From contig CM052817.1 of the NCBI GenBank assembly GCA_028534125.1, positions 40,736,001 through 40,800,000 on the forward strand: a DNA stretch of 64,000 nucleotides, in the 5' to 3' direction. This stretch comes from Lama glama (Eukaryota). The first letter of the stretch is position 1. Every line of letters begins with the position of its first letter. A program made the position numbers and the translations under genes. Of this stretch, positions 1-12,135 are shown piece by piece. The notes below the pieces were generated by a model. The model saw only the letters and a list, made by a program, of their open reading frames with translations. It searched no databases and was not told the DNA's origin.

Positions 1-1106
1 GTCCGAAGGTCACTTTACTTGGTTCACTGAGTACTTGCTGGGAACCCTTTTGATTGATGTTGTGGAAATTTCTGCTGACTGCATCACTATTTCAGGACAG
101 GGTTGACTTGCATTCCTCGAGCTGATGTGTGATTTTAGTTGAGAATCAGCATTTTAAACTTTTGAAGAGCAACATTAATTGAGCAGCCACTGTCTACTGA
201 GCACTATGCAACAGAGTTAAAAGTAAGTAGAAGGATCAGTGATGGGCTGTTCCAGACTAGGGGGTGGGGTTAGGCATGGCCCTGCTCTAGGGACATGGAC
301 CCATCTGGCTGATCAGTTTATAGACTGGAGGAAGGTGGGCTGACCTTGGTGAGTGCGGGGCTGGAAGTGCTGGTTCACCAGGGGAGAGTCATCACAGGGA
401 AACCAAGGTCGGGAGCATGAATGAAGTTCGGATCCTTCACTGGAGAACAGGGAATGAAGTTTGGTGCTGTGGCCAACAGAGCAAGAAGAGGCAGTCTGCA
501 GTCTGAAAAGCTTGGCTGAAGCTGTGGAAACCGAGCAGATGGTGGGACAGGAGTTAGGCCAAGCTCAGAGGCAGGTAGCCAGTGTTTCTCTTGGGAGTGG
601 GTTGTGATGACAGGGTGTGAGGTGCAGTGCCACCTTTTTCAAAGGGCAGCACAGGACTTCCTTGGAGTCAAGCCATTAAGGAGCCGTCCCTCATCTTAAA
701 GGGACCCTGTCATCAGGGTCAAAGAGCATCGGAGGGTGGGGCGAACAGTCTTCATACGCTCTAAGTGAGCCTGCTGTACACGGCAGGGACAGAACCGTAA
801 TAATAACAATAGCACCTTCATTTATTTAGTGCTGTTAATACTTTAGAGTGCTTTCTCCTCTTCTACTGCACATGCATAAAGTGGTACCCTTCCCCTGTGA
901 AGATAAGACCAATGGCTTCCCACTAACTCTGTCCTTGGCGTTGTTTTCCCAGAAGTGTTTATGGGCTTGAGTTTATTAAACCACACTTCCTGGTCTCCTG
1001 GTAACCTATAGGAGTTAGAGGTGTCAGAGTGAAACTGTGTATTGTCTGTGTACTCACACTTCTGTGAATCTGCATAGACACGTTCATTTATTCAAGTAAA
1101 ATTTCT

Positions 1107-1409
1107 TTCTTTTATTATTTCTTTTTTTATTAAAATGTAGTCAATTTACAGTGTTAGTTTCAGGTATACAGCAAAGGGATTCAGTTATACATATACATAC
1201 ATACATAGATATATGTATGTATTTTTAGTTTCTTTTCCATTATAGCTCATTACAAGAAATTGAATTAAGTTCCTTGTGCTACACAGTAGGTCCTTGTTGT
1301 TTATCTATTTTATGTATAGTAATGTGAATCTGTTAATCCCAAACTCCTAATCTATCCCTCCCTCTATCCTGTCCCACCTGGTAACCCCAGTTTGTTTTCT
1401 TTGTCCTTG
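1107..1409 (-). mobile_element. 5'-truncated LINE-1 3' end (cetartiodactyl type)
   Basis: T-rich tail, then the reverse of the L1 3'UTR (tttcaggtatacagcaaagggattcagttata...ggtaacc). Degraded TSD tcaagtaaaatttct (1092-1106) / tcaactaaaaattct (1410-1424). Confidence 0.9.
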
Positions 1410-2007
1410 TCAACTAAAAATTCTATTGTGCACCCACTAGGTAGCAGGTAGTGCTTTGGTGCTATAGATTTACAACTATCTCTCTGTAAGAGATATGTCT
1501 CTACGTTTATTATCCTAAAATATCACCTCTTATCCAGAGGTCAGACTGATGGCAGCCTCAACCACTCAGAACATAAATTGGAAAAAGGCAATGAGAGAGG
1601 CTTGAAGGTGCAAACTGCTGAAGACTTCATTCCGCAGGAGAGACAGAACTGCCTCAGGCAGCTGCTCAGAACAACTATGTGTATAACGCGGCAGATGATC
1701 GCAGCAGGACTCACTGACCGCAGGAGAAATGATAGCTGACAGCAGAGGGAGGAGACAGACGAACTCTGGAGAGTGGAATAATTTCTTTTGACTTCTCCCT
1801 CATTCTTCAGTACAATGATCTGAGCCATTTAGTTTAGGAGGAAACAACCACAAGAGCTACAGTAAACTTTGAGAGCAGTACTGCAGTAAATAGCACCATA
1901 ATTGATGTTCATAATGCTACTAGCTCAAATTTGCATAGCTTTTCTTTTTTCTTAAACACAATTCATCACATTATGTGTAACATTACATTAAGTCAACACA
2001 AAATCCC

Positions 2008-2098
2008 TATGGCAGCACATCAGAATCTTTATATGTGTAACTGAATCACTTTGCTGTACACCTGAAACTAACACAATATTGTAAATCAACTATACTTC

Positions 2099-2150
<52 letters not shown>

Positions 2151-2318
2151 GAATCACTTAGAACGTTTGTTAAAACGCAGATTGCTGGACCCCACTTGCA
2201 GAGTTTCTGATTCAGTAGGTCTGTGGTGGGGCCTCCAAATCTGCCTTCTGAACAAGTTCCCATGTGCTGCTGCTGCTGCTGCTGCTGGCTCAGGGCCATA
2301 CTTCGAGAACTGCTGCCC
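2008..2318. mobile_element. MER5A-like hAT-Charlie MITE, interrupted by an L1 stub
   Basis: cagattgctggaccccac...gtttctgattcagtaggtctg...aacaagttccc...gctgctgg...gagaac resembles MER5A. Split at agaatc. Confidence 0.8.
2028..2149 (+). mobile_element. Very short L1 3' stub with (TAA)n tail
   Basis: taactgaatcactttgctgtacacctgaaactaacacaatattgtaaatcaactatacttcaa followed by about 16 TAA units. Short TSD agaatc (2022-2027 / 2150-2155). Confidence 0.9.
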
Positions 2319-2555
2319 TATAGGGCATGTTTGGCCTCTTGATTACTACTGCCTGTATTTTACATGGGAGGAAAGGGGATTTCTGAGAAGTTGGATGACC
2401 TAACTAAGGTCACACAGGTGGCAGCTTTCAGACTCAAGTTCAGATCTTCTGAGAATAAGCTATGATGCTTTTTCAACTACATGCTGTTGTTTCAGATTTA
2501 TCCCTTAAGCATTAAGGGAGGGTTTTATACATTTTAGATTTTCATCAAAATACTT

Positions 2556-3390
2556 GCAATTGAAAACATTGCCATTCTGGCTATTATCAAAAAAGACAAG
2601 AGATGACAAATGGTGAGGATATGGAGAAGAGGAAACTCTTGTACACTGTTGGGGGGAATGCAAATTGGTGCAGCCACTATGGAAGACAGTATGGAGAGTC
2701 TTCAAAAAATTAAAAATAGAACTGTCATATGATCAGCACTCTAATTTCTGGGTATATATCCAAAGGAAATAAAATCACTATCTTGAAGAGATTTGCACGC
2801 TCATGTTCATTGCGGCATTATACATAATAGCCAAGATATGGAAACATCCATCCATTGATGGATGAATGGATAAAGAAAATGTTGTCTATATATATAATAT
2901 TTTTCAGCCATAAGAAGAAGGAAATCCTGTCATTTGTGACAACATGAAATCTTGAGTGCATTATGCTAAGTGAAATAATCAGGCAGAGAAAGACAAACAC
3001 TATATGATCTCACTTATATGTGGAATCTAAAAAAGCAAAACATAGAAACAGTAGATTGCTGATTGTCAGGGGCTTGGAGGTTGGAGAAATGGTGAGACAT
3101 TCTTCAAAGTGTATAAAGTTCAAGTTATACGATGAATATTTTCTGGGGATCTAATGTGTAGAATGGTTTCTACAGTTAACAGTACTGTATTGTGTCCTTT
3201 AAAGTTGCTAAGAGAGGAGATCTTAAATGATCTCACCACACATACATAAAGGTAACTGTGAAGATGGATGCATTCACTAACCTTACTGTAATAATCTTTT
3301 CAAGTATATACATATATCAAATCATCACATATCCATCTTAAACTTAGACAATATTACATGTGAATTATATCTCAATAAAACTGGAAAAAA
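2556..3390 (+). mobile_element. Older L1 (L1MA/MB-like): end of ORF2 plus 3'UTR
   Basis: ggtgcagccactatggaagacagtatggag, catttgtgacaacatg, atgatctcacttatatgtggaatctaaaa; ends tctcaataaaactggaaaaaa. Confidence 0.9.
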
Positions 3391-3498
3391 TTGCCATTTT
3401 AGTTTATTAGAACATTTGTGTATAAGGCATATATTTGTCCTTCAGAATGCTGGATGGGTTTTTGGTATGTCCAGCCCCTATAACATTTAGAACATTTG

Positions 3499-3581
3499 TT
3501 AAAAAATTTTTTTTTATTGAAGCGTAGTTGATTTACAATATTAGTTTCAGGTGTACAGCAAAGTGATTCTGCCATACATAT
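3499..3581 (-). mobile_element. L1 3' stub (about 80 bp) with 20-bp TSD
   Basis: TSD tataaca(t/c)ttagaacatttg at 3479-3498 and 3582-3601. Body is the reverse of the L1 terminal motif. Confidence 0.9.
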
Positions 3582-4140
3582 TATAACACTTAGAACATTT
3601 GAATTAAGAGCTAAGAAATTAAGATGAGTGGATGGAAAATGAACACAAGGAGGAAGAGGGTTTTGGATTGACTGGGGCAAGTGAAAATCCTTTGGAAAAG
3701 AGCCATGAAAGAGAGAAAACATGAGATTTAGTGGATCAAACGGAAACTAGTATTTTAGGAGCATTTCCCTGCACAGATAATTCACCTAGAATGCTGTAAT
3801 CAAATATTGACATTGACTTCATGTTGCTCTTCTCTAGATGGAACCTGCAGTGGTCTGTTCCAGTGGAACAACCATTCTATTTCCAGGGTTGGGATGTCTG
3901 AGAAAAGTCTATTCTGATCATGTTTCTGTGCCCATTTTCCTTCTCTATAAGTGATTTCCTCTCATCCTTTGCCCCAAGTCCTTTCTGAATCAGTTAAAGA
4001 CTTTTGATGAAGCCTCCAAAGAAGGAATCTCTAAAGGCATCTTAATTAAAATTCTGGATCACATCATCCACATGGTTTCTTTTCAAGACCTCAGTGATAG
4101 TTACCTCTAGTGCAAAGAAATGACATTATTCTCTCAGGCT

Positions 4141-4262
4141 GTGTAAGCAGAATTCAGTCAGGAAAACAAAACCACTGTAGGTATTTTAAACACAAAGAGA
4201 TTTAATACAGGGATTGAGGTGTTTACAAAACCATGAGAAAGGCTGGAAGAGTGAAAATCAGT
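4141..4262 (-). mobile_element. ERVL LTR fragment (LTR33-like)
   Basis: cagtcaggaaaacaaaaccactgtaggtattttaaac...atttaatacaggga resembles the LTR33-family end. Confidence 0.5.
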
Positions 4263-4329
4263 GGATTTTTTTGTGCCTAAAATGATGCACTATTAGAAGA
4301 TTTTTAAAGCTTCTAGAAAGATTAGGACA

Positions 4330-5490
4330 CTTTAAATCTCTTACCAGCTGTGAATGAGTTCCCAGTTCTCTAAATCCTCACCAACATTGGGTCCTCCCAT
4401 ATTTTAAAAAGCCTTGCTAACGCGATAGTTAAAAATAGTACTTAATTGTCTTAATTTGACTTTCCTTGAGTACTAGAGAGGTTGAACATTTGTTTGTATG
4501 TTATTGTCTATTTATATTTATTTTCCTAATGAAATCATACTTTTAGCTTATTTTTTCTATTGGGTTGTTAGACTTCTTTAAAAGTTGACTTAGTAGCCTT
4601 TCATGTATTAAGAGTAGAATCACTTATCTCTTAAACATGCCAGAAATATTTTTTTCAAATTGCTGTATGCATTTTTGCACTTCACATTTTTAAAATTTAT
4701 TTATTTATTTATGTATTTATTTATTAATTAATTATTGAACTACAGTCAGTTTACAATGTGTCAATTTCTGGTGAACAGCATAATATTTCACTCATATATT
4801 TGTTTTCATATTCTTTTTCATTATAGGTTACTACAAGATATTAAATATAGTTCCCTGTATATAGTATAAACTTGTTGTTTATCTATTTTGTATATAGTGG
4901 TTAGTATAACATTTTATTTCCTAAAGAGTTTACAATTTTTATTTCATCAAAATCTCAATCCTTTAAAAAATGGTATCTGCTCTTGAGGCCATGCTTAGTC
5001 TTTCATCCAATATTGTGTAAATATTCAAGTATATATTTCCATGCTTTCAGAGTTTGACTTTAAAATTTTATACTTTAATTCCATTAAGAATTTCTTTCAT
5101 TATCATGGAGGGATGAAGTCAGGGATGATGTTCACAGTATTCATCCATCAGTATGCCCTGGGTGCTGATCAATCAGAATGAATACCAGCCATGAAAACTG
5201 GGTATGATCAGATTGGTAGTTTTTGTTGACTGTCAGCCCTGAATGAAACTGGTTTTTCCCCCAAATGATCAGCTGTTAGCCCAACACATATTACATCTTT
5301 TCTTCATTGATTTAAAATGCCTTCTTTATCCTATATTAAATATTTCAAAAATTAGGATCTCTTTCTAAAGTTTACTGTTGATTTCTCGTTATATGACTGC
5401 CTAGCTGTTCATAGTGAGGCAGTAAATTCAGCGCTTGTTTCGATTATGATAGCTTCAGAAAACATTTGGCTATCTCGTAGAACAATTTGT
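4330..5490 (-). mobile_element. Ancient L1 (L1ME-like) with nested younger insertions
   Basis: Degraded antisense ORF2 motifs (atcctcaccaacattgg, gaggttgaacattt, tgccttctttatc). Contains a younger L1 3' stub at about 4690-4908. Confidence 0.65.
5120..5241. mobile_element. Small hAT-type MITE (candidate)
   Basis: Imperfect terminal inverted repeats cagggatga...tcagccctg. Degenerate 8-bp flanks gatgaagt / aatgaaac. Confidence 0.4.
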
Positions 5491-5780
5491 TAACCTTCTT
5501 TTCAAGTCATGGTGACTAGCAGGCAAGGAAAGTGTCACCCCCTGACATCTGATCATCAGGAGGTAATAGGGCTGCTGTTGCACAGTGGGGGCGAGAAAGA
5601 ACGTTTTGCTCTTAAGTGTTCCATTGGGACACCTTTTGATGCTCCCATTCCAGTTTCAAAGGTATATGGACAAGTATGGCAGCCATGATCCGAGGAGGGC
5701 ATCGTAACAAGAGGCTCAGACCCCACAAGGCTGTAGATCTGAGTCATCTCACCAGGCCAGTGCCCACCAGAGGAGTCCGC

Positions 5781-5910
5781 CTTCCCTTCTCTTCCTTTCC
5801 CGGCTTCCTCCCTACCTCCCCCCTCTTTCTTTCTTTCCCTCCCTCTGGCCCCCCCCCTTCTTCCTTCCTTTCTTCTGTCTCTCTTCCCTCCTTCTCCATC
5901 TTTGCTCTCT
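5781..5910. repeat. CT-rich low-complexity tract
   Basis: Almost pure polypyrimidine on the + strand. Confidence 0.9.
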
Positions 5911-6576
5911 CATATAAGGCAAGATACTGGTCAAATGGGCTTATCCATCTTAGAATGGGCCAAACACAATTACTTTTATTTTATCAGACTCTTCTTTCAT
6001 TTAGTATTTTAAAAATTGCATGTGAAATATGCAGATATATATTTATTATAAAACGTTTAAATCATAGAGCTTTTATTGACTTATACGAAGTTTCCCTGTG
6101 GATTATAGAGATAGATGAACTACAAAAAGGGTTTTCTTGAATTTAGAGTTAAATCTAAAACTCTCCCAGCCCCATCATTCCCTAGAGTTTTCCCACATGT
6201 ACAATGTTGCCTGTGTAGATCATATGGAATATTTTTACCATAAGAATCTTCAGTTTCATAAAACTGAAAAAGTTATTTTGTTTTCTCCACGTCTTACATA
6301 CTGCGTAATTATTTCCTGTGTGAACGTACCTTCACGCCTATACGTCTTCATATGTGTCCACATTAGTAAAATGATGGTGCTGCTTGATTTTATCTTGAAA
6401 TGTCTCAGTATTTTCCTTGATCAGTAATGCTTTATGCATGTGTGAGATTAGTTATTGAAATAATAGTTATATAAGGCCTAGTGTGACTTTGTTATTTTTA
6501 TCATGAGTGTAAATAATAATGTATCTCAATTTGGATGTGATTTAATGTAACTTTTATTTGATAAGATATAATCCCT

Positions 6577-6815
6577 ATGGTGGGGAAGGGATAGATTAGG
6601 AGTTCAGCATTAACAGACACAAATTACTATATATAAACTAGATAAACAACAAGGACTTACTGCATAGCACAGGGATTCAATTTCAATTTCTTGTAATGAG
6701 CCATAATGGAAAAGAAACTGAAAATGTATATAAGTATGTACATGTATAACTGAATCGCTTTGCTGTACACCTGAAATTAACATTGTAAATCAACTATACT
6801 TCAATAAAAAATTAG
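6577..6815 (+). mobile_element. L1 3' end
   Basis: ggggaagggatagattagg...tgctgtacacctgaaattaacattgtaaatcaactatacttcaataaaaaa. tataatccct is repeated on both sides. Confidence 0.9.
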
Positions 6816-7463
6816 GATAAAAAGATATAGCTATAATCCCTGTAAATAATTAATTATTGCTCACATTCTTCATTGATGTTTCAAAATATTCTGACTTCTT
6901 TACATTTCTTAATCTGTATAACAAGCTTGTTTTATTTGGAGATAACATGATTTCATAGTTTAATGAAAATATGATGATGAGATCTAGCTGCAATAAAAAT
7001 ATAGTAAGAAATATTATTAGCCATGATTACATCTGGGTTGTGGGAAGTTCTATTTTTCTTCTTTTGCTTACCTATATTTAAAATCTTATTTATAATAACC
7101 ATATATTGCTTTGTTTAAGAAGTAAACAACATTTTAAACACAGTGTGTTCTTCCACAGAGCTCAGAGGAGACCCATGAAAAGAGAGATAAAGAAAGGAGT
7201 GTGGGGTACAAGATTGTGGTTCACAATTTGCAATTCTGTTTCTTCAGTGGTTCTTAAAGGAGTTGAGCAAAAATAATTTTTATGTTCTTTGCTTTTTGTA
7301 GGAATGCATTATTTAAGCAGGTGAACGTATTTAATTTTTCAATGTGTATGACCTTCTATATGAAAAAGAAGTGTGAGCACTGGAGACGTTCTACCTGCAT
7401 TTAGTCTTTTTGGTTTTTCCTGACCACAGGAATGTGCATTCGGAAATAAGTACACGAAGCATC

Positions 7464-7816
7464 TGTATTAGTTTGCTAGGGCTGCCATAACGTATACACA
7501 GACGGCGTGGTTTAAACAACAGATTTGTTTGCTCACAATTCTGGAGGCTAGAAGTCTGAGATTGAGGTGTCGGCGGAGTTGGTTCCCTCCTCCGCCACGT
7601 GTCTTCACATAATCTTCCTCTGTTGGTGTCCCCGTCCAAATTTCCTCTTCTTTTGAGGATGCTAGTCATTTTGGATTAGGACCCAACCTAATGACCTCAC
7701 TTTAACTTAATTATCTCTGTGAAAATCCTTTCTCAATATGTAGTCACATTCTGAGATACTGGGGGGTTAAGACTTCAACATATGAATATTTGGAGGGGCA
7801 CAATTCAGTCATAAGA
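7464..7816 (-). mobile_element. MaLR solo LTR (MLT1A/B-like)
   Basis: Begins tgtattagtttgctagggctgccataac, ends cacaattcagtcataaga. Perfect 5-bp TSD gcatc (7459-7463 / 7817-7821). Confidence 0.9.
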
Positions 7817-8211
7817 GCATCTGAAAAGTATGCTTGTCGATTCAGATACTCTTTGGTTCCATAAACACATGTGGCTCATATATAGTGGTATTTAACTTCT
7901 TCTGAGTTAGGGACTCTTGAGAGCGAGAAGCGGGGGCCCTGTACCCAGAGAAATGCACATACACACTGAATTTCACATCAGGGAGTTTACAGACGTGCCC
8001 CGGTCCCTGCATCCTACCTTGTCTCTGGATCCCTAGGGTCTAGATCCCCTGGTCCAGATGCTGTTAAAACCAAGAAGTCAGAGAATTCAGTGATCTAATC
8101 CATCAGATCAATTGTTCACCAGTAAGTAGTAAATTACAATTTTAGATCTTCCCCCTAAATGTTTATAGTCCATTGGCTATAAACTTGACAACTCAAGGAA
8201 TTGAAAGTAGC

Positions 8212-8454
8212 CAAGGGGGTGGAGGGTGGGAAGGAATAGACTGGGATTTCAAAATTGTAGAATAGATAAACAAGATTATACTGTATAGCACAGGGAAATA
8301 TACACAAGATCTTATGGTAGCTCACAGAGAAAAAAATGTGACAATGAATATATATATGTTCATGTATAACTGAAAAATTGTGCTCTACACTGGAATTTGA
8401 CACAACATTGTAAAATGATTATAAATCAATAAAAAATGTTTAAAAAAAAAGAAA
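8212..8454 (+). mobile_element. Young camelid-type L1 3' end
   Basis: gggatttcaaaattgtagaatagataaacaag...tgctctacactggaatttgacacaacattgtaaaatg, then poly-A. TSD gaaagtagc (8203-8211 / 8455-8463) preceded by tt, as expected for an L1 endonuclease site. Confidence 0.92.
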
Positions 8455-9542
8455 GAAAGTAGCTCTGTAAAAGGCATCCTCACTCTAGCAACAGCTAACT
8501 CCAAGCGCTGCCAGCAGCTCTCCTGAATGGCTGCAGGGGTTCTCTTGGTTCCCAAAGATGTCTCTTGATACCAGGTTTTAAGCACATATCACTGCTGAGG
8601 TAGGCCAGGCCTGCTCTCGGGCAGTCCCTGGGTTTGGAGCTCTTAGGAGTAAAATTAGGCCACACCTGGCTGCATCTGGCGCTCCCTTGGAGGTGTGGTC
8701 TGGCTTTGGCTAATCATCGGTGGGTAGGAGGATCATAGGCTAATTAAGTTGTCTTTCCACTTGGGATCTTCTTCCATCTAAAACCTGAAGCCTTTTGGTG
8801 TTCAAAGTGCAAAAGGGACTTACCATTACTTGAGACAGAGTCAGATTTCCAAGGGCTGGGCCTCTATGAACAATCCCTCACGGTGAGCAGGATTACATAC
8901 CTTTAGCATTGTTTCTGCTTTGTAAGTAAAGACAAGGGAAAAAATCCGAGCCAGCGTTTGTAGAAATGAGCCCGACACCACGTGTACGGTGTATCTTTTG
9001 ACTGGCGCATTTAGTTCCCTTAAAGTGATTATTTTTACATTTGAATTAATTATTGATAGATATGTAATTGTTGCCATTTTTGTTATTTGTTTTGGGGTTG
9101 TTTTTGTACTTTTTTTGTCCCTTTCTTCTCTTCCCTTGTAATTTGGTAACTATCTTTAGTGCTATGTTTGGATTCCTTTCTCCTTTTCGTGTATGTATCT
9201 AGTATAGATTTTTGGTTTGTGGTTACCATGAGGTATATATACATATATATAGCAATTATATATATATGATCATATATACGATTATTTTAAGTTGATAATC
9301 TCTTAATTTCAAATGCATTATAACTATTCTTCTCCCATGATTACTGTTTTGACATCATATTTTATATCTTTCTATTTTGTGTATCCCTTAACTACTTATT
9401 ACAGATAAAGATGACTTTTCTTTTAACTTTCCTACTAGTTTTGTATGTGGTAGATTGACTACTTTCCTGCATATTTGCCTTTACTGATGAGCTTTTTCCT
9501 TTCATGATTTTCATGTTTCTAGTTGTGGTCTTTCTTCCTCAC

Positions 9543-10417
9543 TTAGCAAGTCCCTTTAACATTTCTTGTAAAACTGATTTGGTGGTGCTGAAGTTGTCTG
9601 CCAGACTTTTGAACTCTATCAAATCTGAGTGAAAGCCTTGCCAGGTAGAGTATTCTTGGTCATAGATTTTCCTTTTCATCACTTCAAGTTTATCATGCCA
9701 GTCCTTCTGGCCTGCAGAGTTTCCGCTGAGAAGTCAGCTGAGAACCTTAGGGGGGTTCCTTTGTACGTAACTTGTTGCTTTTCCCTTGCTGCTTTTAATA
9801 TTCTCTCTTTATCTTTAATTTTGTCATTTTAATTATAATGTGTCTTGATGTGGTCCTCTTTGAGTTGATCCTGTTTGGGACTTTGTGTTTTTCCTGGACC
9901 TGGATGTCTGTTTCCTTTCCCAGGTTAGGGAAGTCTTCAGCTATCATGTCTTCAAATATGTCCTCTGCTTCTTTCCCTCTCTCTTCTCCTTCTGGAACCC
10001 CTATAATGTAAATGTCAGTATGCTTGATTTTGTCCCAGAGGTTCCTTACACTATTCTCATTTCTTTTTGTTCTTTTTTCTTTTTTCTGTTCAGCTTCAGT
10101 GATTTCTACGACTGTCTTCCAGCTTGCTGATCTGTTCTTCTGTATCATTTATTCTACTGTTGATTCCTTCTAGTGTATTTTTCAGTTTAGTTATTGTAGT
10201 CCTCATCACTGTTTGATTGTCCTTTGTATTTTCTAACTCTTTGATAAAAACTACTAACTTCTCATTTTGCTCATCCATTCTTCTCTGGAGTTCTTTGACC
10301 ATTTTTACCATCCTTACCTTGAACCTCTTCTTGGGTAGATTGACTATCTCCACTTTGTTATTCTTCTGGGGTTTTATCTTGTTCCTTCATTTGGAATAAG
10401 TTCCTCTGTTGCCTTGT
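9543..10417 (-). pseudogene. Disrupted L1 ORF1p (RNA-binding/chaperone) reading frame
   Basis: Frameshifted segments through ...ILKAAREKQQVTYKGTPLRFSADFSAETLQARR...LQEMLKGL. The expected start codon appears mutated. Confidence 0.85.
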
Positions 10418-10689
10418 TTTGCCTAATTTGCTGTTTTTATTTCTATGTATCTGATAGGTTGGCTCTGTTTCCCAACCTTGGAGAAGTGGCCTTTTGTCGG
10501 AAATGTCTTATGCACCCCAGCAGTACACTCCTTTCTATTCACCAGAGCTATATGCTTAAGGGTTCCACTATGTGGGCTGAGTGGGTGCTTCTCTTGTGGT
10601 GGGCTGACTACCGTGGGTGATCTTGTAGGCGTGGCTGGCTCCTGTTCTGGTTTTTCAGGCCCTGCCTTGTGCAGACGCTGCCAGCTGCT

Positions 10690-11400
10690 GGCTGATGGAG
10701 CTGGGTCATGAGGTGGCTGGCTGTGGAATCCTGGGGGTCCCAGGGCTAGTGCTGGCTCACTAGTGGGCAGAACTGGGTTCCAGGATGGGTAGTTGCAGGG
10801 CTAGGGTTCTCAGATCTAGTGGCGGGATCTGCCAGCGGATGGGGCTATTTCCTGACAAGGCTGGCTGCAGGTTCCAGGCACTTGCCCGCTGGTGAGTGGG
10901 GCTAGATCCTGAAGCAGCTGGCGAAGGAGTCCAAGGTGTCTCAGAACTGGTGTTGGCCTGCTGGTGGGTGGGGCTGGAATCCAGAGGGTCCCAGGGCTAG
11001 TCCTGGCTCCCTGGTGGGTGGAGCCAGGTCCCAGGGTCTGTGACTGAAGGGCCCTGAGAGCCCTGAACCTGGTATCAGCCTGCTGGTCGGTGGGGCTAGA
11101 TCCCAAGGCTGCTGGCTGAGGAGCCCAATGTCTCCCAGAGCTGAAGCTGGCCTGCGGGTGGCAATTCTGGGACCCACTGAGTCCTGGGGCTGGTGACTGC
11201 CCACTGGTGTGTGAGGTTGGTCCTGAGGCTAGTCCTTATTGGTGGGTAGGGCCAGGGCCTAGGGCTTCCTGGGGCTGATGGGTGAAGCTGGGTCCCAGGG
11301 TCTCTGGCTGCAAGACTCTGGGGGTTCCAGGTCTAGTGCCTGTGTGAGGGGCTGGGTCCTGGGCCCTTTGGTGGGCCCAGGGGTTCTCAAGGTAGCTTGC
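10690..11400. repeat. Imperfect G-rich tandem units (about 60 bp) in the L1 5'UTR
   Basis: Recurrent gggtcccagggctagt...ctggtgggtggggct/agccagg motifs. Confidence 0.7.
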
Positions 11401-12035
11401 CTGCCTGTGGGTGGGGCTGTGTCCCTGCCCAGCGAGCTGCTTGGCCTGAGGTGTCCCAGTACTGGCACCTGCAGGCTGTTAAGCGAAAGGGTGCTGGGTC
11501 CTGGGGCCAATAAATTAGAGGGAGGGTTCCAAAATGGCACTTGCCAGTGTCCACATGGTAGAATGAGTGAGTCTGCAAAACGGCTGCTGCTGCTGTCCAT
11601 GTGCCAGGGGCGGGCTGCGGATGCCTCCTGCACCTCTCCAGGATCAGCAGGTTGGTCTCACCTAGGCACCTTTCAAACTACTGTTTCTGCCCTGGGTTCT
11701 GGGCTATGTGAGATTTTGTGTGTGCCCTTTAAGAGTGGAGTCTCTACTTCCCCCAGCCCTCTGGGACTCCTGACAGTGAGCCCCGCTGGCCTCCAAGGCC
11801 AAACGCTCTGGGAGCTCACCTTCCCGCGCAGGGCCCCTGGGCTGGGGAGCCTGGTGTGCCGCTCAGACTGCTTGCTCCTAGGGGAGAACCGCTGCAGATG
11901 TAATTCTTCTCTCGCTGTGGGTCGCCCACCCGGGGGCACGGGACTTGACTCTGCCCTGTCTACTGGTCTCGTTGTGTCTTTGGTTGTAGAAGATACTTTT
12001 CTGGTAGATTCTGGTCTTTCTCATCAATAGCTGCT

Positions 12036-12135
12036 TTGCCTCTTCCAGATTCTGATGGTTCCTTGTGTTCCTTGGCTTGTGCAGGATTACTCTACACCCT
12101 GCCTTCATCTTTACGTGGTCTGCCCCGTGCCTCTT
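12036..12135 (-). mobile_element. Internal fragment of an MLT1 LTR
   Basis: gcctcttccag.ttctg.tgg...ttccttggcttgt...ctgccttcatcttt matches the MLT1B-D interior. Abuts the L1 5'UTR. Confidence 0.7.

Larger units (their letters stand above)
8990..12034 (-). mobile_element. LINE-1 5' half: repetitive GC-rich 5'UTR, decayed ORF1, long inter-ORF spacer, first ~30 codons of ORF2
   Basis: ORF-track peptides 10096-10353 and 9795-10148 are L1 ORF1-like (coiled coil; IIGVPEGEE; FPNL; RHIIIK). 9077 starts MATITYLSII...LNAPVKR, the ORF2 endonuclease N-terminus. Confidence 0.93.

Noticed and set aside
1537..1830. Purine-rich exon-like stretch and overlapping 95-aa ORF
   Set aside because: No recognisable protein in either direction and no convincing splice donor.
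2090..2403. ORFs with poly-Q, poly-I and poly-A tracts (also poly-Y at 20826-21023)
   Set aside because: They are translations of microsatellites inside transposon remnants.
5676..6140. 154-aa ORF
   Set aside because: It stays open because it crosses a CT-rich low-complexity tract and an old repeat. No recognisable domain.
8155..8403. Paralogous small proteins MSNSSV.HNFSVIH (here and at 40843-41073)
   Set aside because: The similarity comes from two copies of the same young L1 3'UTR read antisense.
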